From contig OZ242358.1 in the NCBI GenBank assembly GCA_965208835.1, positions 768,001 through 832,000 of the forward strand: DNA of 64,000 bases, in the 5' to 3' direction. The position numbers were made by a program, and so were the translations under genes. Shown piece by piece: positions 17,807 to 27,606 of this stretch. The notes beneath the pieces are model-generated. The model was not told where the DNA came from and did not search any database. It saw nothing but the letters and a program-made list of their open reading frames with translations. Each line of letters starts with the position of its first letter. Position 1 is the stretch's first letter. This DNA is from Candidatus Latescibacterota bacterium. GTDB taxonomy: Bacteria; Latescibacterota; UBA2968; GCA-2709665.

Positions 17807-18787
17807 GTGAACGTCCCGCCGAAAGACGGTATTCGCGTCCCTGTCGAAGACCTGCGACACCTCGTATGCGCGATCTACGAGGCCGTACCTCTGCCACGGG
17901 ACCACGCCCGATTGATCGCCGACCTGCTGGTCGACACCGAATTGCGCGGCGTGGTCAGCCACGGCGTTTTGCAGGTGGAGCGATACGTCCGCTCATTCCA
18001 GGATGGACGCGCGAATCCTGATCCGGCCATCCGGGTCCTGCACGAAGGCCCGGCGACCGCCGCGCTCAACGGAGACGGCGGCCTGGGGATGATCGTCGCG
18101 ACCCGGGCGATGCAGTTGGCCATTGCCAAAGCCAAAGAACTCGGCGTTGGCGCGGTCACCACTGTCTATCACGACCATCTGGGAAGTTCGGGGAAGTACG
18201 TGCGGATGGCCCTCAAGGAGGACCTCGTCGGCATCAGCCTCTCCGGCCGGAACGCCGCGCCGTCTTACAATCGCGCCGACAGCATCCGCGGCTCGATCCA
18301 GGGCAGCCCGCCGCTGGCCTTCGGGATGCCGTCGGGCCCCGGTCGGCCCAACTTCCTGCTCGATTATGCCAGCCATTTCGTGGTGGAAGACGAAGACATC
18401 CGCAGGAATCCGGCGGTATTTATGAAGGCCATCGGCATGTCTCACGTGGCCAACATCCTCTCGGGGACCCTGGGGGGTCAGATGTTGCCCGAATTCGACC
18501 GGAGATCCACAAAGTTCCAGGGCGCCGATCAGTCCGGATTTCACATGGCCCTGGACGTGAGCCGCTTTACCTCTCCCGGCGCGTTCAGTGCGGACATGGA
18601 CTACCTGATGGACGAGACCGCGAAGATGGAGCCGCTGCCCGGACTTTCGGATGCGGGTCTGCCGGGGCAGAGGGCCTGGAAGAAGGAGGCCGATTATCGG
18701 CAGAACGGCATTCCCATCAGTGCGAAAGCAGTAACGTCGCTCGAGGGTCTCTCCCAAGAGTTCGATCTCAAGGTACCCTGGACGTAG
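17807..18787 (+). CDS. Ldh_2 family oxidoreductase (malate/L-lactate/L-sulfolactate dehydrogenase-like)
   Basis: LVDTELRGVVSHG, DGGLG, GSPPLAFG, LPGQRA. Confidence 0.88.
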   Translation: MNVPPKDGIRVPVEDLRHLVCAIYEAVPLPRDHARLIADLLVDTELRGVVSHGVLQVERYVRSFQDGRANPDPAIRVLHEGPATAALNGDGGLGMIVATRAMQLAIAKAKELGVGAVTTVYHDHLGSSGKYVRMALKEDLVGISLSGRNAAPSYNRADSIRGSIQGSPPLAFGMPSGPGRPNFLLDYASHFVVEDEDIRRNPAVFMKAIGMSHVANILSGTLGGQMLPEFDRRSTKFQGADQSGFHMALDVSRFTSPGAFSADMDYLMDETAKMEPLPGLSDAGLPGQRAWKKEADYRQNGIPISAKAVTSLEGLSQEFDLKVPWT

Positions 18788-18829
18788 GATCCCGGCACAA
18801 CCGGGCGATACGGGACGGGATTTCGTTTT

Positions 18830-19951
18830 CTAACGGAACCAGTCGTAGTTCAGCCCTAGTGAACGGTCTTCAAGAGGAAGCTCCACGCGCTCTCCGCCTC
18901 GCGCCGAGGAAAGCTTCAACGCAATCTCCACTTCCAGGGCCACGGCAATCCGCCGTCCCGAGTTCTTCGGTTCCTCCAGCCGACCTTCCATGCAGTCGAT
19001 CACGTCGTTCAGCGAGTAGACAGCGCCGTACGGATGCACGAACTGCGGCTCCGGCCACGGCATTTCCACGCGAATATTGCCGGTCGTCTCCAGCTGCTGG
19101 CTCAGCCGCCATCGACGGCCCGCCCTGAACTCGATCTCACCCGTACTCCCCTCCAGCCGGACCCCCGGCGCTCCCGCCCGAAAGTGTACGACCGTCTGGT
19201 CTGCCGTGACCATGATTCCCTGGCCCCTGAATTCGTCGCTTCCTCCAGGTCCCGCGAACTCGTCGGTGCCCGCTCCACGACGGGGAAGGTCTCCGATTCC
19301 TGAGACCCAGGCAGGGGCGCTATCCAGGAAATACGACCAGTTCTGATGTTGCGCGAACGGCGAGTTCGCCTCGATCGACAGGATCTCCCCGATGGCACCG
19401 CTTTGCACCAGTTCTCTGGCTTTTCCGAAAGAGGGGTGGGTCGTCGAGATCGCGCCGCAATTGAGGGGGACGCCCGCATCCGCGCAGGTTGAAACCATGC
19501 GGTCCGCCTCCTCGAGCGTGTGGCACATCGGCTTGTCGGTAACGATGCCGCGTGCGCCGCATTGTACCGCGAGACACGTCAGGTCGGCGCGACCCTTTGT
19601 ATTCGTGGCAATGGCCACGATGTCCGGGCGCTCGGCGCGCAGCATCGCTTCGGCATCCTCGTAAGTCGCCTCGATCCCGTAGCGTTCGGTGAACGCCGCG
19701 AGTCGCTTCGGGTCCCGGTCGGCCGCAGACGCCAGCTCCACCTCGGGTCGGCTGTGCAGCGCCTCGGCATAGGACGTCGGATTTCCTTCGGTGCCCGGAT
19801 GGTCGTGGTGATAGAACCGGCGATGGACGTCCAGTTCGGGCGTCGGGCGGTGCACGTCGTCGATTTCGAAGAGGTCCGGGATACGCTCCGCCAGATCGTA
19901 GAGCATGCCCATCCATCCCAGGCCGATCACTCCGGCTCGATATTTGGCCAT
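18830..19951 (-). CDS. Gfo/Idh/MocA family oxidoreductase
   Basis: GVIGLGWMG, PDIVAIAT, DKPM; start ATG 19951 with GGAG RBS. Confidence 0.88.
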   Translation of the reverse strand: MAKYRAGVIGLGWMGMLYDLAERIPDLFEIDDVHRPTPELDVHRRFYHHDHPGTEGNPTSYAEALHSRPEVELASAADRDPKRLAAFTERYGIEATYEDAEAMLRAERPDIVAIATNTKGRADLTCLAVQCGARGIVTDKPMCHTLEEADRMVSTCADAGVPLNCGAISTTHPSFGKARELVQSGAIGEILSIEANSPFAQHQNWSYFLDSAPAWVSGIGDLPRRGAGTDEFAGPGGSDEFRGQGIMVTADQTVVHFRAGAPGVRLEGSTGEIEFRAGRRWRLSQQLETTGNIRVEMPWPEPQFVHPYGAVYSLNDVIDCMEGRLEEPKNSGRRIAVALEVEIALKLSSARGGERVELPLEDRSLGLNYDWFR

Positions 19952-20279
19952 GGTATCTCCTATCGCTGTGGTACTCAAACGGGCTGGCAACTTTCGGCAT
20001 AAACCACAATCAGCTACAATCGAACATCAACTCACACGAAGACACAAAGACACAGAGTAAAACAGAGATCAACGGTCGGTTAAATCAGCTATCAGCCGTC
20101 TGCTTAAATCAAGAATTAAAAGCCGAACAGCAAAGCCCAAGCAGCGTAAATGTCAACGCTGTTGTTGCTTTCGCAGGGTGCCCATGGTTCGCCCGCCCGG
20201 TGGATTGCCAATTTTCGATTGCCTAAGCCAGAGCGGTAACGCTATCCGCATTTCGCTCTATCTGATTAAAGCCTGTCGC

Positions 20280-20531
20280 TATCTCACGCGATATCTCTGG
20301 AGAGCACGATCAGAGCAGGGCGCGTTGTTCCGTCCGGCACCGAACTAATTCATCTTCCGTGGCTGGCAGGCCAACGTATCGGGTGAGTCCTATGTGGGTA
20401 TTCGCGCCATGCATAAGGCAGGCCCCGCGCCCAGCGGCGACTTTTGGTTCCTTTTGGTCGTTTCAAAAGGAACACGCCGTAGGCAGGGAATTTTGGGAAA
20501 AGGGGATTATTGGTTTTGTTTTTGACCTTTG
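20280..20531. repeat. Structured ~250-nt element E1, copy A (candidate ncRNA or mobile element)
   Basis: Collinear homolog at 56469..56720; conserved CGGCG..GTTCCTTTTG-N7-CAAAAGGAAC..CGCCG stem. Confidence 0.75.
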
Positions 20532-20586
20532 CTATCAGCCGTCCGCCGTCAGCAAAACCGTCAAAACCTGCACCTGTTATGCGTTT

Positions 20587-20614
20587 GTAGGGGCAACACT
20601 TGTGGCTGCACGCC
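20587..20614 (+). repeat. GTAG-type REP element
   Basis: GTAG GGGCAACACTTGTGGCTGCAC; related copies at 27498 and 31372. Confidence 0.65.
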
Positions 20615-20855
20615 TCGTCGTGTTTACGGTTTTCCCTTTGTGGCCCTTTGCGCCTTCGTGTCTCCGTGTGAGGATTCTCTGTCCCGACATCCTCGTCAGA
20701 AGATGCTGGTGTTCCTGTCGCGTATCCTGTATGGTATACACTTCTGCGAGACGGGATAAATCGGCGGTCGAGTGGTGAGGAATTGTTGGGACAGGACACT
20801 ACATCCGACTCGAGGGACCCGGAAGGATTCAATCCACACGCCAGGAGTCACCAAT

Positions 20856-21632
20856 ATGCGCAAAAGCAAACTGCTTGCGAAAATACGCGATGGCAGGCCG
20901 GCCCGGATCTGCGGACTCGGTCACTTCATACCTGCGTACATCCGAATGGCTGCAGACGCGGGCTACGACTGTATCTGGCTGGACGGGGAGCATCGCTGTT
21001 TCACCGACCGGGAAATCCAGTCCATGCTCGCCTACTTCCACCTGTTCGACATCGACTGCATGTTCCGACCTCCCACCACGGAGCGGACCAGGCTGTATCG
21101 TTACCTGGAAGACGGCGCTACAGGCCTCATGATACCCCACGTCTCGACGCCTGAGAAGGCGGGGATGCTGGTTGACGCCGTCAAGTTTCCGCCGGTTGGC
21201 GACCGCGGCCAGGACGCGGCCGGGCTCGATGCCGACTTCTATATGTCAGGCGGGGAAACATACGTGGACGATGCCAACCGCGAGACCTTCCTCGTCGTTC
21301 AGATCGAAACGCCCCTGGCCCTGGAAAACCTGGACGCGATCGTATCCGTCGAGGGCGTCGACGGCCTGTTCATCGGACCGGGCGACCTCGCTTTGAGGAT
21401 CGACCGGCTGAAACCGGGATACACACTTGACGAAGCTATCAGGAAGGTGGCGGCCGTCGCGGGCGAACGGGAGCTGGCGTGGGGCTGTCCGGCGGCCTCC
21501 GTGGAGCACGTTCAGGAGCTGCACGACATGGGCGCGAGGTTGATCGCGTACGGCAGCGAGTTTTTTGCGCTGACACAGATGCTTGAAGCGTGTTCGCACG
21601 ACCTCGACCGGGCCTACGGCGACGACGACTGA
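20856..21632 (+). CDS. HpcH/HpaI aldolase family protein
   Basis: WLDGEH, LEDGATGLMIPHV, KFPPVGDRG, VQIET, FIGPGDL. Confidence 0.9.
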   Translation: MRKSKLLAKIRDGRPARICGLGHFIPAYIRMAADAGYDCIWLDGEHRCFTDREIQSMLAYFHLFDIDCMFRPPTTERTRLYRYLEDGATGLMIPHVSTPEKAGMLVDAVKFPPVGDRGQDAAGLDADFYMSGGETYVDDANRETFLVVQIETPLALENLDAIVSVEGVDGLFIGPGDLALRIDRLKPGYTLDEAIRKVAAVAGERELAWGCPAASVEHVQELHDMGARLIAYGSEFFALTQMLEACSHDLDRAYGDDD

Positions 21633-21649
21633 AATGCGCGGCTGCTAAC

Positions 21650-22657
21650 TCAGTTCCCCTCGAACCGGGCCAGCAGTTCGGCCGCCCTTTCCCGCATCGC
21701 CGGATCGTTGTGCCGCGCGATGATGCGCTGGAGCGCGGAGACGGCGGTCTCGTCTCCCGCCTCGGCCAGGTCGAAAGCCATCCGGTCCCGCCTGTCGTGG
21801 TAACTGTTGTCGTATTCCACGACATCCAGTTCGTGATTCTCCCAGTAATACTTCAGCGATTCGTCTCGCCAGCCTCGATAGATCTTCTCCCAGGTGTTCG
21901 GCTGGCTGTGGGGAAGGATGCTGCCCGGCGCGATGGGATCGCTGGTCCTCTGATATCGCGCGTCGATGGACATGCGGAGACGGTCGGAGCGGTTCGGCAG
22001 GCCCTTGTGGACGAGCATGCTGTGGAAGAAGAGGACGTCGCCCTGCTCGAACGGACTGTTGACCCAGGCGCCTTCCAGGGGATCGGTAATCTCAATACCG
22101 CCTGCGCCGAGGGCCGGCTTGAAGTCGTACACGCCGTGGCGATGGGAACCGGCGGCGACCTGCAGACCGCCCATCTCCGCAGGCAGTTCGCTTAGCGGTA
22201 TCCACGCGGTGTACGTTTCCGCTGTCCCTTGGATGGGGATGAAGTCCTGGTGGGCGGGGGTCGTATACGCCTCCCGCTGAGGAAAGATGGTCCTCGCGAT
22301 AATCCGCGGATGTGGCAGAATCGGCTCGCCGGCCATACACTCGAGGAGCCTGACGACGTTCGGGTGATGCTGGAGTTCGTGAAAGGCCTCTATCGCGTAC
22401 ATATCTGCGTAGACGTCCATGTAGGCCGCCTCCGGCTCCACGCAGAAACCGTTGAGATCCGCGATGCCATCCTCCGGCGGCGTGTCCGCCCTGGCCCATC
22501 CGGCTTCGCGGGCGGTCTTGAGGAACGCGAGCCGCAGTGCCTCCAGGATCTCTCCCGGCAAGAGGCTGCGGATGTAGAGGTATCCGTCCTCATGCATACC
22601 CTGTCGCAGAAGAGATCCGTCTCCCGCGATGTCAGTGGAATCCTTGAAAGGCTTCAA
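21650..22657 (-). CDS. PhyH family Fe(II)/2OG dioxygenase
   Basis: PAHQD, TAWIPL, GDVLFFHSMLVH, RMSIDARY. Confidence 0.88.
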   Translation of the reverse strand: MKPFKDSTDIAGDGSLLRQGMHEDGYLYIRSLLPGEILEALRLAFLKTAREAGWARADTPPEDGIADLNGFCVEPEAAYMDVYADMYAIEAFHELQHHPNVVRLLECMAGEPILPHPRIIARTIFPQREAYTTPAHQDFIPIQGTAETYTAWIPLSELPAEMGGLQVAAGSHRHGVYDFKPALGAGGIEITDPLEGAWVNSPFEQGDVLFFHSMLVHKGLPNRSDRLRMSIDARYQRTSDPIAPGSILPHSQPNTWEKIYRGWRDESLKYYWENHELDVVEYDNSYHDRRDRMAFDLAEAGDETAVSALQRIIARHNDPAMRERAAELLARFEGN

Positions 22658-22702
22658 AACCAGTCCTCCCTGTCAGGTGCGTCTGAGATGCGTCGTGTAC
22701 GA

Positions 22703-23560
22703 TCACGCCAGATGGGGGAAGAAGAAACGCTGCGCGGTGCCCCATAGAATGGCGTCTTTCTCGGCGGGGCTGAGGAAGCTCGCGTGGTCCCGGATCAGGG
22801 CGACGGAAGCAGGAAAATCGGTCATCGGGTCCTCCATCTCAATGGGTCCGCCGCTGTCGGACTCCCACATGCAGCGATGGGCGCCGTACGCTTCGACCAC
22901 CCGCCGGATCAGCGGCAGCACGTCCAGGTAGGGTGCGCGGCGCGAACACAGCGCCTGGAGCGGACCGATCTTGACCATCACTTTCTTGTGCCTGGCAAAT
23001 CGGAGCAGCGCTTCCAGGTCTTGCTCGCTGTAGTCTGCCTCCCGGATGCCCACGTGGCAAACGTGGTCGAGAATGACCGGCGTATCCGGGAATCGGGTGC
23101 ACAGCCCGTCCAGATCGGGCAGCAGATCGACCTGCATGTTGAAGCTGAGGGCGAGTTCGTGTTCGGCTCCGACCGCGAACATTTTCTCGAATACCGGATG
23201 ATCCAGCGCGGAGGGCGGCTCGCGAAAGGCGAAACATCCCTGTTGCGCGAGTTCGAGCATGGTCCTGTCCGGCTCGGGATCCTCCAGGCTGATCATGCCC
23301 GTGCCCGCGTACGTCTCCGGATCGTCGGCGATGAGGTCGAGGATGTAGCTGTGGTCGTAGTCGTACCAGATCATCTGGACGAGGTTGATGCGCACGTTGC
23401 CCACCGACCGGCTGTAGCTGAAGTACTCGTCCGGCGTGAAGGTGGGATGCCAGAGGTCTTCTACTTTGACCCTTGGGGACAGCGGGTAGCGCGCAAAGTC
23501 ATCGGTCCAGACGTGGATGTGCGCGTCGACAATCCGACGGGAGGATGACTGTTCCGCCAT
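22703..23560 (-). CDS. Amidohydrolase_2 family protein
   Basis: DAHIH, VILDH, MWESD. Confidence 0.88.
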   Translation of the reverse strand: MAEQSSSRRIVDAHIHVWTDDFARYPLSPRVKVEDLWHPTFTPDEYFSYSRSVGNVRINLVQMIWYDYDHSYILDLIADDPETYAGTGMISLEDPEPDRTMLELAQQGCFAFREPPSALDHPVFEKMFAVGAEHELALSFNMQVDLLPDLDGLCTRFPDTPVILDHVCHVGIREADYSEQDLEALLRFARHKKVMVKIGPLQALCSRRAPYLDVLPLIRRVVEAYGAHRCMWESDSGGPIEMEDPMTDFPASVALIRDHASFLSPAEKDAILWGTAQRFFFPHLA

Positions 23561-23706
23561 AGATACGCTCCCTTTTTTGATTCTGGGCGGGCCTCGAAAA
23601 ATCCGCCGTCCCTGTCATTCTTCTCCGCCAGTTTTGCGTCTTCAGGTCGGATTGTATATATTAGTCCGAACCTGCAGATCACCGATCCTCTTAACCGGAA
23701 ATCGAT

Positions 23707-24465
23707 ATGACAAGAGAAGGAACCGACGCCGTCTGGCAGCCCGATATGCTGGACCGGTATCCGATGAATCCCAACGTGATGGTGCGGGACCTGGACGAGG
23801 AACGGCTGGACCTTCTCCTCACTTACGTGGCGGAAACGGGCCGCAGCGAATCCCTTTCCGCGTTCATATCGGGAGTTGTGGATCGTCACCCGAAGTATCT
23901 GCGTGTGAAAGAACTCTTCGAAACCTTCGAGGCATACAGGCGCATCGGCCAGGCCATCTACGAACAGTGGCGCGAGGGAAACGTGGAGACGATCTACGAC
24001 CTGGCCTGCGGCCACGGTCTGCTGGGCATTCTGCTGGCCTGGCGGTTCCCTGCGCTTCGCGTTGTCTGCGTGGACCGGGAACGCCGGCCGGCCTTCGACC
24101 ACTACCTGGAGATCGTGCGCGAACAGGCAGTGCCGATGGAGAACGTCGAGTACATCGAATCCGACTTCAATGACGTGGAACTGGGCCCAAGGTCCTACGT
24201 CATCTGCATCCACGCCTGCAACGAAGGCACCCGGGATGCCCTGGATATGGCCGGCGCGGCGAACGCGTGTTTCGCGGCCATGCCCTGCTGCATCCGGGAC
24301 CGGCTCTACCTGCGCCGCATCAACCACCTCGACGACGACAAACGATACACGGCGGCGGTAGGCGTTATTGCAGGCCGGTACGGGGCCTACAAGATCACCG
24401 CGATCGACGAGCGCATCACCAACCGCAACCTCATCATCCTCGGCGCGCCCGCGCCGTCATCCTGA
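23707..24465 (+). CDS. SAM-dependent methyltransferase (Methyltransf_32-like)
   Basis: DLACGHGLLG, IHAC, MPCC. Confidence 0.8.
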   Translation: MTREGTDAVWQPDMLDRYPMNPNVMVRDLDEERLDLLLTYVAETGRSESLSAFISGVVDRHPKYLRVKELFETFEAYRRIGQAIYEQWREGNVETIYDLACGHGLLGILLAWRFPALRVVCVDRERRPAFDHYLEIVREQAVPMENVEYIESDFNDVELGPRSYVICIHACNEGTRDALDMAGAANACFAAMPCCIRDRLYLRRINHLDDDKRYTAAVGVIAGRYGAYKITAIDERITNRNLIILGAPAPSS

Positions 24466-24491
24466 TCCGTGAAACGCAACGCCGCCCCTAA

Positions 24492-24676
24492 GAAGCTGTC
24501 TTAAAACACCCAGCGGTCTTCGCGCGGCTGCAAAAGCGTCGGTCTGCGTTGGTCATATCCACCCGTCTTACGAGATCGAGGCTGCGCTTGCTCGCCTCTC
24601 ATAGTCGAATCTGCCCGTCTTGACCGACACATTTTCGCTCGCACTCGGGACTCACCAGGAATTTTAAAACAGCTTC
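24492..24676. mobile_element. MITE family M1, copy 2 (185 bp, inverted)
   Basis: TIRs GAAGCTGTCTTAAAA / TTTTAAAACAGCTTC; TAA on both flanks (24489-91, 24677-79) = 3-bp TSD. Confidence 0.85.
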
Positions 24677-24733
24677 TAACTGCCGGACCGTCCAGTCCTC
24701 CGCGCAGCATCGATATTTCCCCGACGTCGTCTC

Positions 24734-25738
24734 TCACCACCGGTAGTCCATCTCTCCGGCCTCGAAGGCCGCGGCCGACGCCATCATTGTCTCCAGGTCT
24801 CCCCTGGGCCGGAATCCGATCAGCGATTTCGCTTTCGTGATGTCGTGGTCGTACATCCAGCGCACCGGTAACGTCACCTCCAGGGGTTCCCGTCCCCTGA
24901 CTTCCCCGAGCAGCCGGGCGCCCTCGGGATACGTGAACGGGGCCGGGGCGCCGCCGTTGAAGGACTCGCCAACCGCATCCGGAGACCGCAGCGCGCACAC
25001 GATGCAATGTGCGATATCCCGCGCGTCGTTCGGCTGGTAGTACCAGGGCCGCCCCGCCTCGTCACGCGTGGCGCACGGTTGATCGGGATCTTCGGCCCGC
25101 GCCTCGACTTCGTGCCACAATTCGGTTCCGTCGGCCATATACATCTCCGTACGCGGCCCCACCTGTCCTGCTTTCAGGATCGAGCAGACCCGTCCGGTCG
25201 TGAACTGATCGAAAATCGCGCTTCCGGACAGCACGTGGCTGGGCCGTACGATGGAAATCCGCAGCCCGGTCTCGCGGGACGTTCGTTCGGCCATCAGTTC
25301 CCCGATGTATTTGGAGAGGGAATACTCGTTATCCGGCCGCTTGGGATGCAGTTCATCCACCGGATGGTAGGCGCAGGCGATGTTCTCGCCGTTATTCGGA
25401 AATACGCCGGACGAGCTCACGTACACGTAGCGCTCCAGACTGTCCGCGAACTGCCCGCACGCCCGAGATACCTCCAGGTTGATCTGCGTGTTGATCTCGA
25501 AGTGCGGTCCCACCAGGTTGGCCGTGTGGATCACGGCATCCGCCCCCGAAACCACCCCCTTGGTGAACTCTCCGTCCGTCAGGTCCCCTTCCACGAGTTC
25601 CACGTCCAGGCCGTCCAAACGGCTCAGAAAGGGATCGCCCGTCAATACGGAACCCCGGACCTCCAGGTTCAGGTCCAGAAGCTGCCTTACCAGCCGGCAG
25701 CCCACCTGACCCGCGGCGCCGGTAACCAGTACTTTCAT
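24734..25738 (-). CDS. NAD-dependent epimerase/dehydratase
   Basis: MKVLVTGAAGQVG, YSLSK; start ATG 25738 with GGAGG RBS. Confidence 0.9.
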   Translation of the reverse strand: MKVLVTGAAGQVGCRLVRQLLDLNLEVRGSVLTGDPFLSRLDGLDVELVEGDLTDGEFTKGVVSGADAVIHTANLVGPHFEINTQINLEVSRACGQFADSLERYVYVSSSGVFPNNGENIACAYHPVDELHPKRPDNEYSLSKYIGELMAERTSRETGLRISIVRPSHVLSGSAIFDQFTTGRVCSILKAGQVGPRTEMYMADGTELWHEVEARAEDPDQPCATRDEAGRPWYYQPNDARDIAHCIVCALRSPDAVGESFNGGAPAPFTYPEGARLLGEVRGREPLEVTLPVRWMYDHDITKAKSLIGFRPRGDLETMMASAAAFEAGEMDYRW

Positions 25739-25873
25739 GGCTGACCTCCTGATCGATATGCGGGAAGGCAGAAAATCCCTCTTCCGTCGCAAGGGACGGA
25801 CGAACGACTCCAATATATCCCCCGCAATCAGGAATCGCAACCCCTGCGCCAACACACGGGTATTCCTGATTAT

Positions 25874-26040
25874 CCTCCCCCTATCCCCCGGGAGAAGGGG
25901 TCGAGGTATAGGTCGCCTAAATGCGGTAAGAGGGTAGAGGGAAGACGGTAGAAGAAATCCTTGCCCGATATTTTTTCCCTCCTTGCCTCAGGCACGAGAA
26001 GAGACCACACAAGGCAGGTAATCTCTCCCGTCTCACCTCT
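25874..26040 (-). repeat. R1 copy 3 (extended)
   Basis: AGACGGTAGAAGAAATCCTTGCCC..GGCACGAGAAGA..CAAGGCAGG.AATCTCTCCC. Confidence 0.8.
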
Positions 26041-26254
26041 CCCCACATTTGAGGGGCCGGGGCGAGAGTTCCCGCGGATGATTGAGATCGCATGTCCCGA
26101 CGCGCTCCCTTTGTTCTAATGGAAAGTGTCTGTCCGATTTGCTAAATTGGCTGGACGTAACGTGCGGATCTTCGCGATTTCGAAACCGCAGCGCGAATCC
26201 AATATGCCCCTGCCGTTCGTCCTGGCAGCCCATGCCCTTCCCGGAGCGCAGACC

Positions 26255-27325
26255 ATGTCCACCGCACAACGCTTCCGCCCCGCGCACATGCATGCCGTCT
26301 CCCGCAATCTGCTGATGGCTTCAGGCGCGCCCCGCCACGTTGCGGACGTCGTTTCCGAAATTCTGGTCGGTGCCAACCTGTGTGGCCACGATTCCCATGG
26401 CGTGCTACGTATACCGACGTATCTAAACGGTATCGAAGGGGGCTCCATTGTGCCGGCGGCGGAACCCGAGGTTGTCCAACGGGGCGGGAATACGATGATT
26501 GTGGACGGCCACAACGGGATGGGCATCTACACCGCGCGAAAGGCCATCGACCTGGCCATTGACAAAGCCGCGGGATCGGGCGTTTGCTGCATCAGTTTCA
26601 GACGCATCGGCCACTTCGGCCGGCTCGGCGAGTACGCGGAGGTCGCCGCTCGCGCCGGATGCATCGCCATCATCACCATCGGCGTGGGGACGGTGGACGC
26701 CGTCGCGCCATACGGCGCGGCCCGCGGTCCGCTGGGCACCAATCCGATCGCGGTGGGCGTACCGACAGGCGACGCCACCCCGTTCATCCTGGACATCGCC
26801 ACGAGCGTCGTTGCCGAGGGCAAACTACAGGTCGCCCGCGCCGAAGGGTCGTCAATTCCGGGAGGATACATCCTGGACAAACACGGGAAATCCAGTACGG
26901 ACCCCCAGGACTTTTACGACGGCGGATATCTCCTGCCATTCGGGGCCCACAAGGGCTCCGGTCTCCTGCTGCTGACCTGCCTGTTGAGCGGGCTGTCGGG
27001 TGTTCCGGAAGTGGAAGAGGGTACACTTTCAGGCGCATTCATGCAGGTGATACGCGTCGACGCCTTCACCCCGCTCGAGCCCTACCAGCGGGGTATCCGC
27101 GCCTTCCTGGACATGATCAAAGCCATCCCCCCGGCACCCGGCTTCGATGAGGTTCTCGTGCCCGGGGACTTCGAACACCGCACCCGCGTGCAACGCCTGC
27201 GAGACGGATTCGACGTTCCAGGCCCCATTATCGAGGCGTTAAAGGATCGCGCGGACCGGCTGAACGTCTCCGTGTCGGAAGACAACGTTGAACCGGGAGA
27301 TGAGGAAAGGTATATAGGGCGGTGA
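26255..27325 (+). CDS. Ldh_2 family oxidoreductase
   Basis: GHDSHG, GHFGRLG, GTNPIA, LDIATS, GAHKGSGL; start uncertain. Confidence 0.9.
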   Translation: MSTAQRFRPAHMHAVSRNLLMASGAPRHVADVVSEILVGANLCGHDSHGVLRIPTYLNGIEGGSIVPAAEPEVVQRGGNTMIVDGHNGMGIYTARKAIDLAIDKAAGSGVCCISFRRIGHFGRLGEYAEVAARAGCIAIITIGVGTVDAVAPYGAARGPLGTNPIAVGVPTGDATPFILDIATSVVAEGKLQVARAEGSSIPGGYILDKHGKSSTDPQDFYDGGYLLPFGAHKGSGLLLLTCLLSGLSGVPEVEEGTLSGAFMQVIRVDAFTPLEPYQRGIRAFLDMIKAIPPAPGFDEVLVPGDFEHRTRVQRLRDGFDVPGPIIEALKDRADRLNVSVSEDNVEPGDEERYIGR

Positions 27326-27447
27326 GACGGGAGAGGTGAGACGTTAGAAGAAATCCTTGCCCGGTATTTTATTCCTCCTTGCCTCCGGCATGAGAAGAAA
27401 CCTCACAAGGCAGGCAATCTCTCCCATCTCCCGGCTTGCGTCTACCC
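27321..27447 (-). repeat. R1 copy 4
   Basis: Same core as copies 3 and 6; overlaps the TGA of the upstream gene. Confidence 0.8.
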
Positions 27448-27497
27448 GCTATTGATGGTCCGGGGGGAGAGGTCCCGTGTGCACCGACGTTGCATCT

Positions 27498-27522
27498 GTA
27501 GGGGCGTCCCTTGTGGGCGCCC
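27498..27522 (+). repeat. GTAG-type REP element
   Basis: GTAG GGGCGTCCCTTGTGGGCGCCC hairpin. Confidence 0.7.
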
Positions 27523-27606
27523 GCCTCTCCGGTGTTCCTCTCACCTAAATAAAAACGGGGGCGATCAGTCTCGCCCCCGTTTCTCTTTCGCTTTTCTTCT
27601 CCGCGC

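Noticed and set aside
20350-20832. Short ORFs over E1/R1/M1 repeats (e.g. 20359..20778, 56465..56773, 12961..13257, 24501..25007)
   Set aside because: Their similarity derives from the non-coding repeats; starts and lengths are not conserved between copies.
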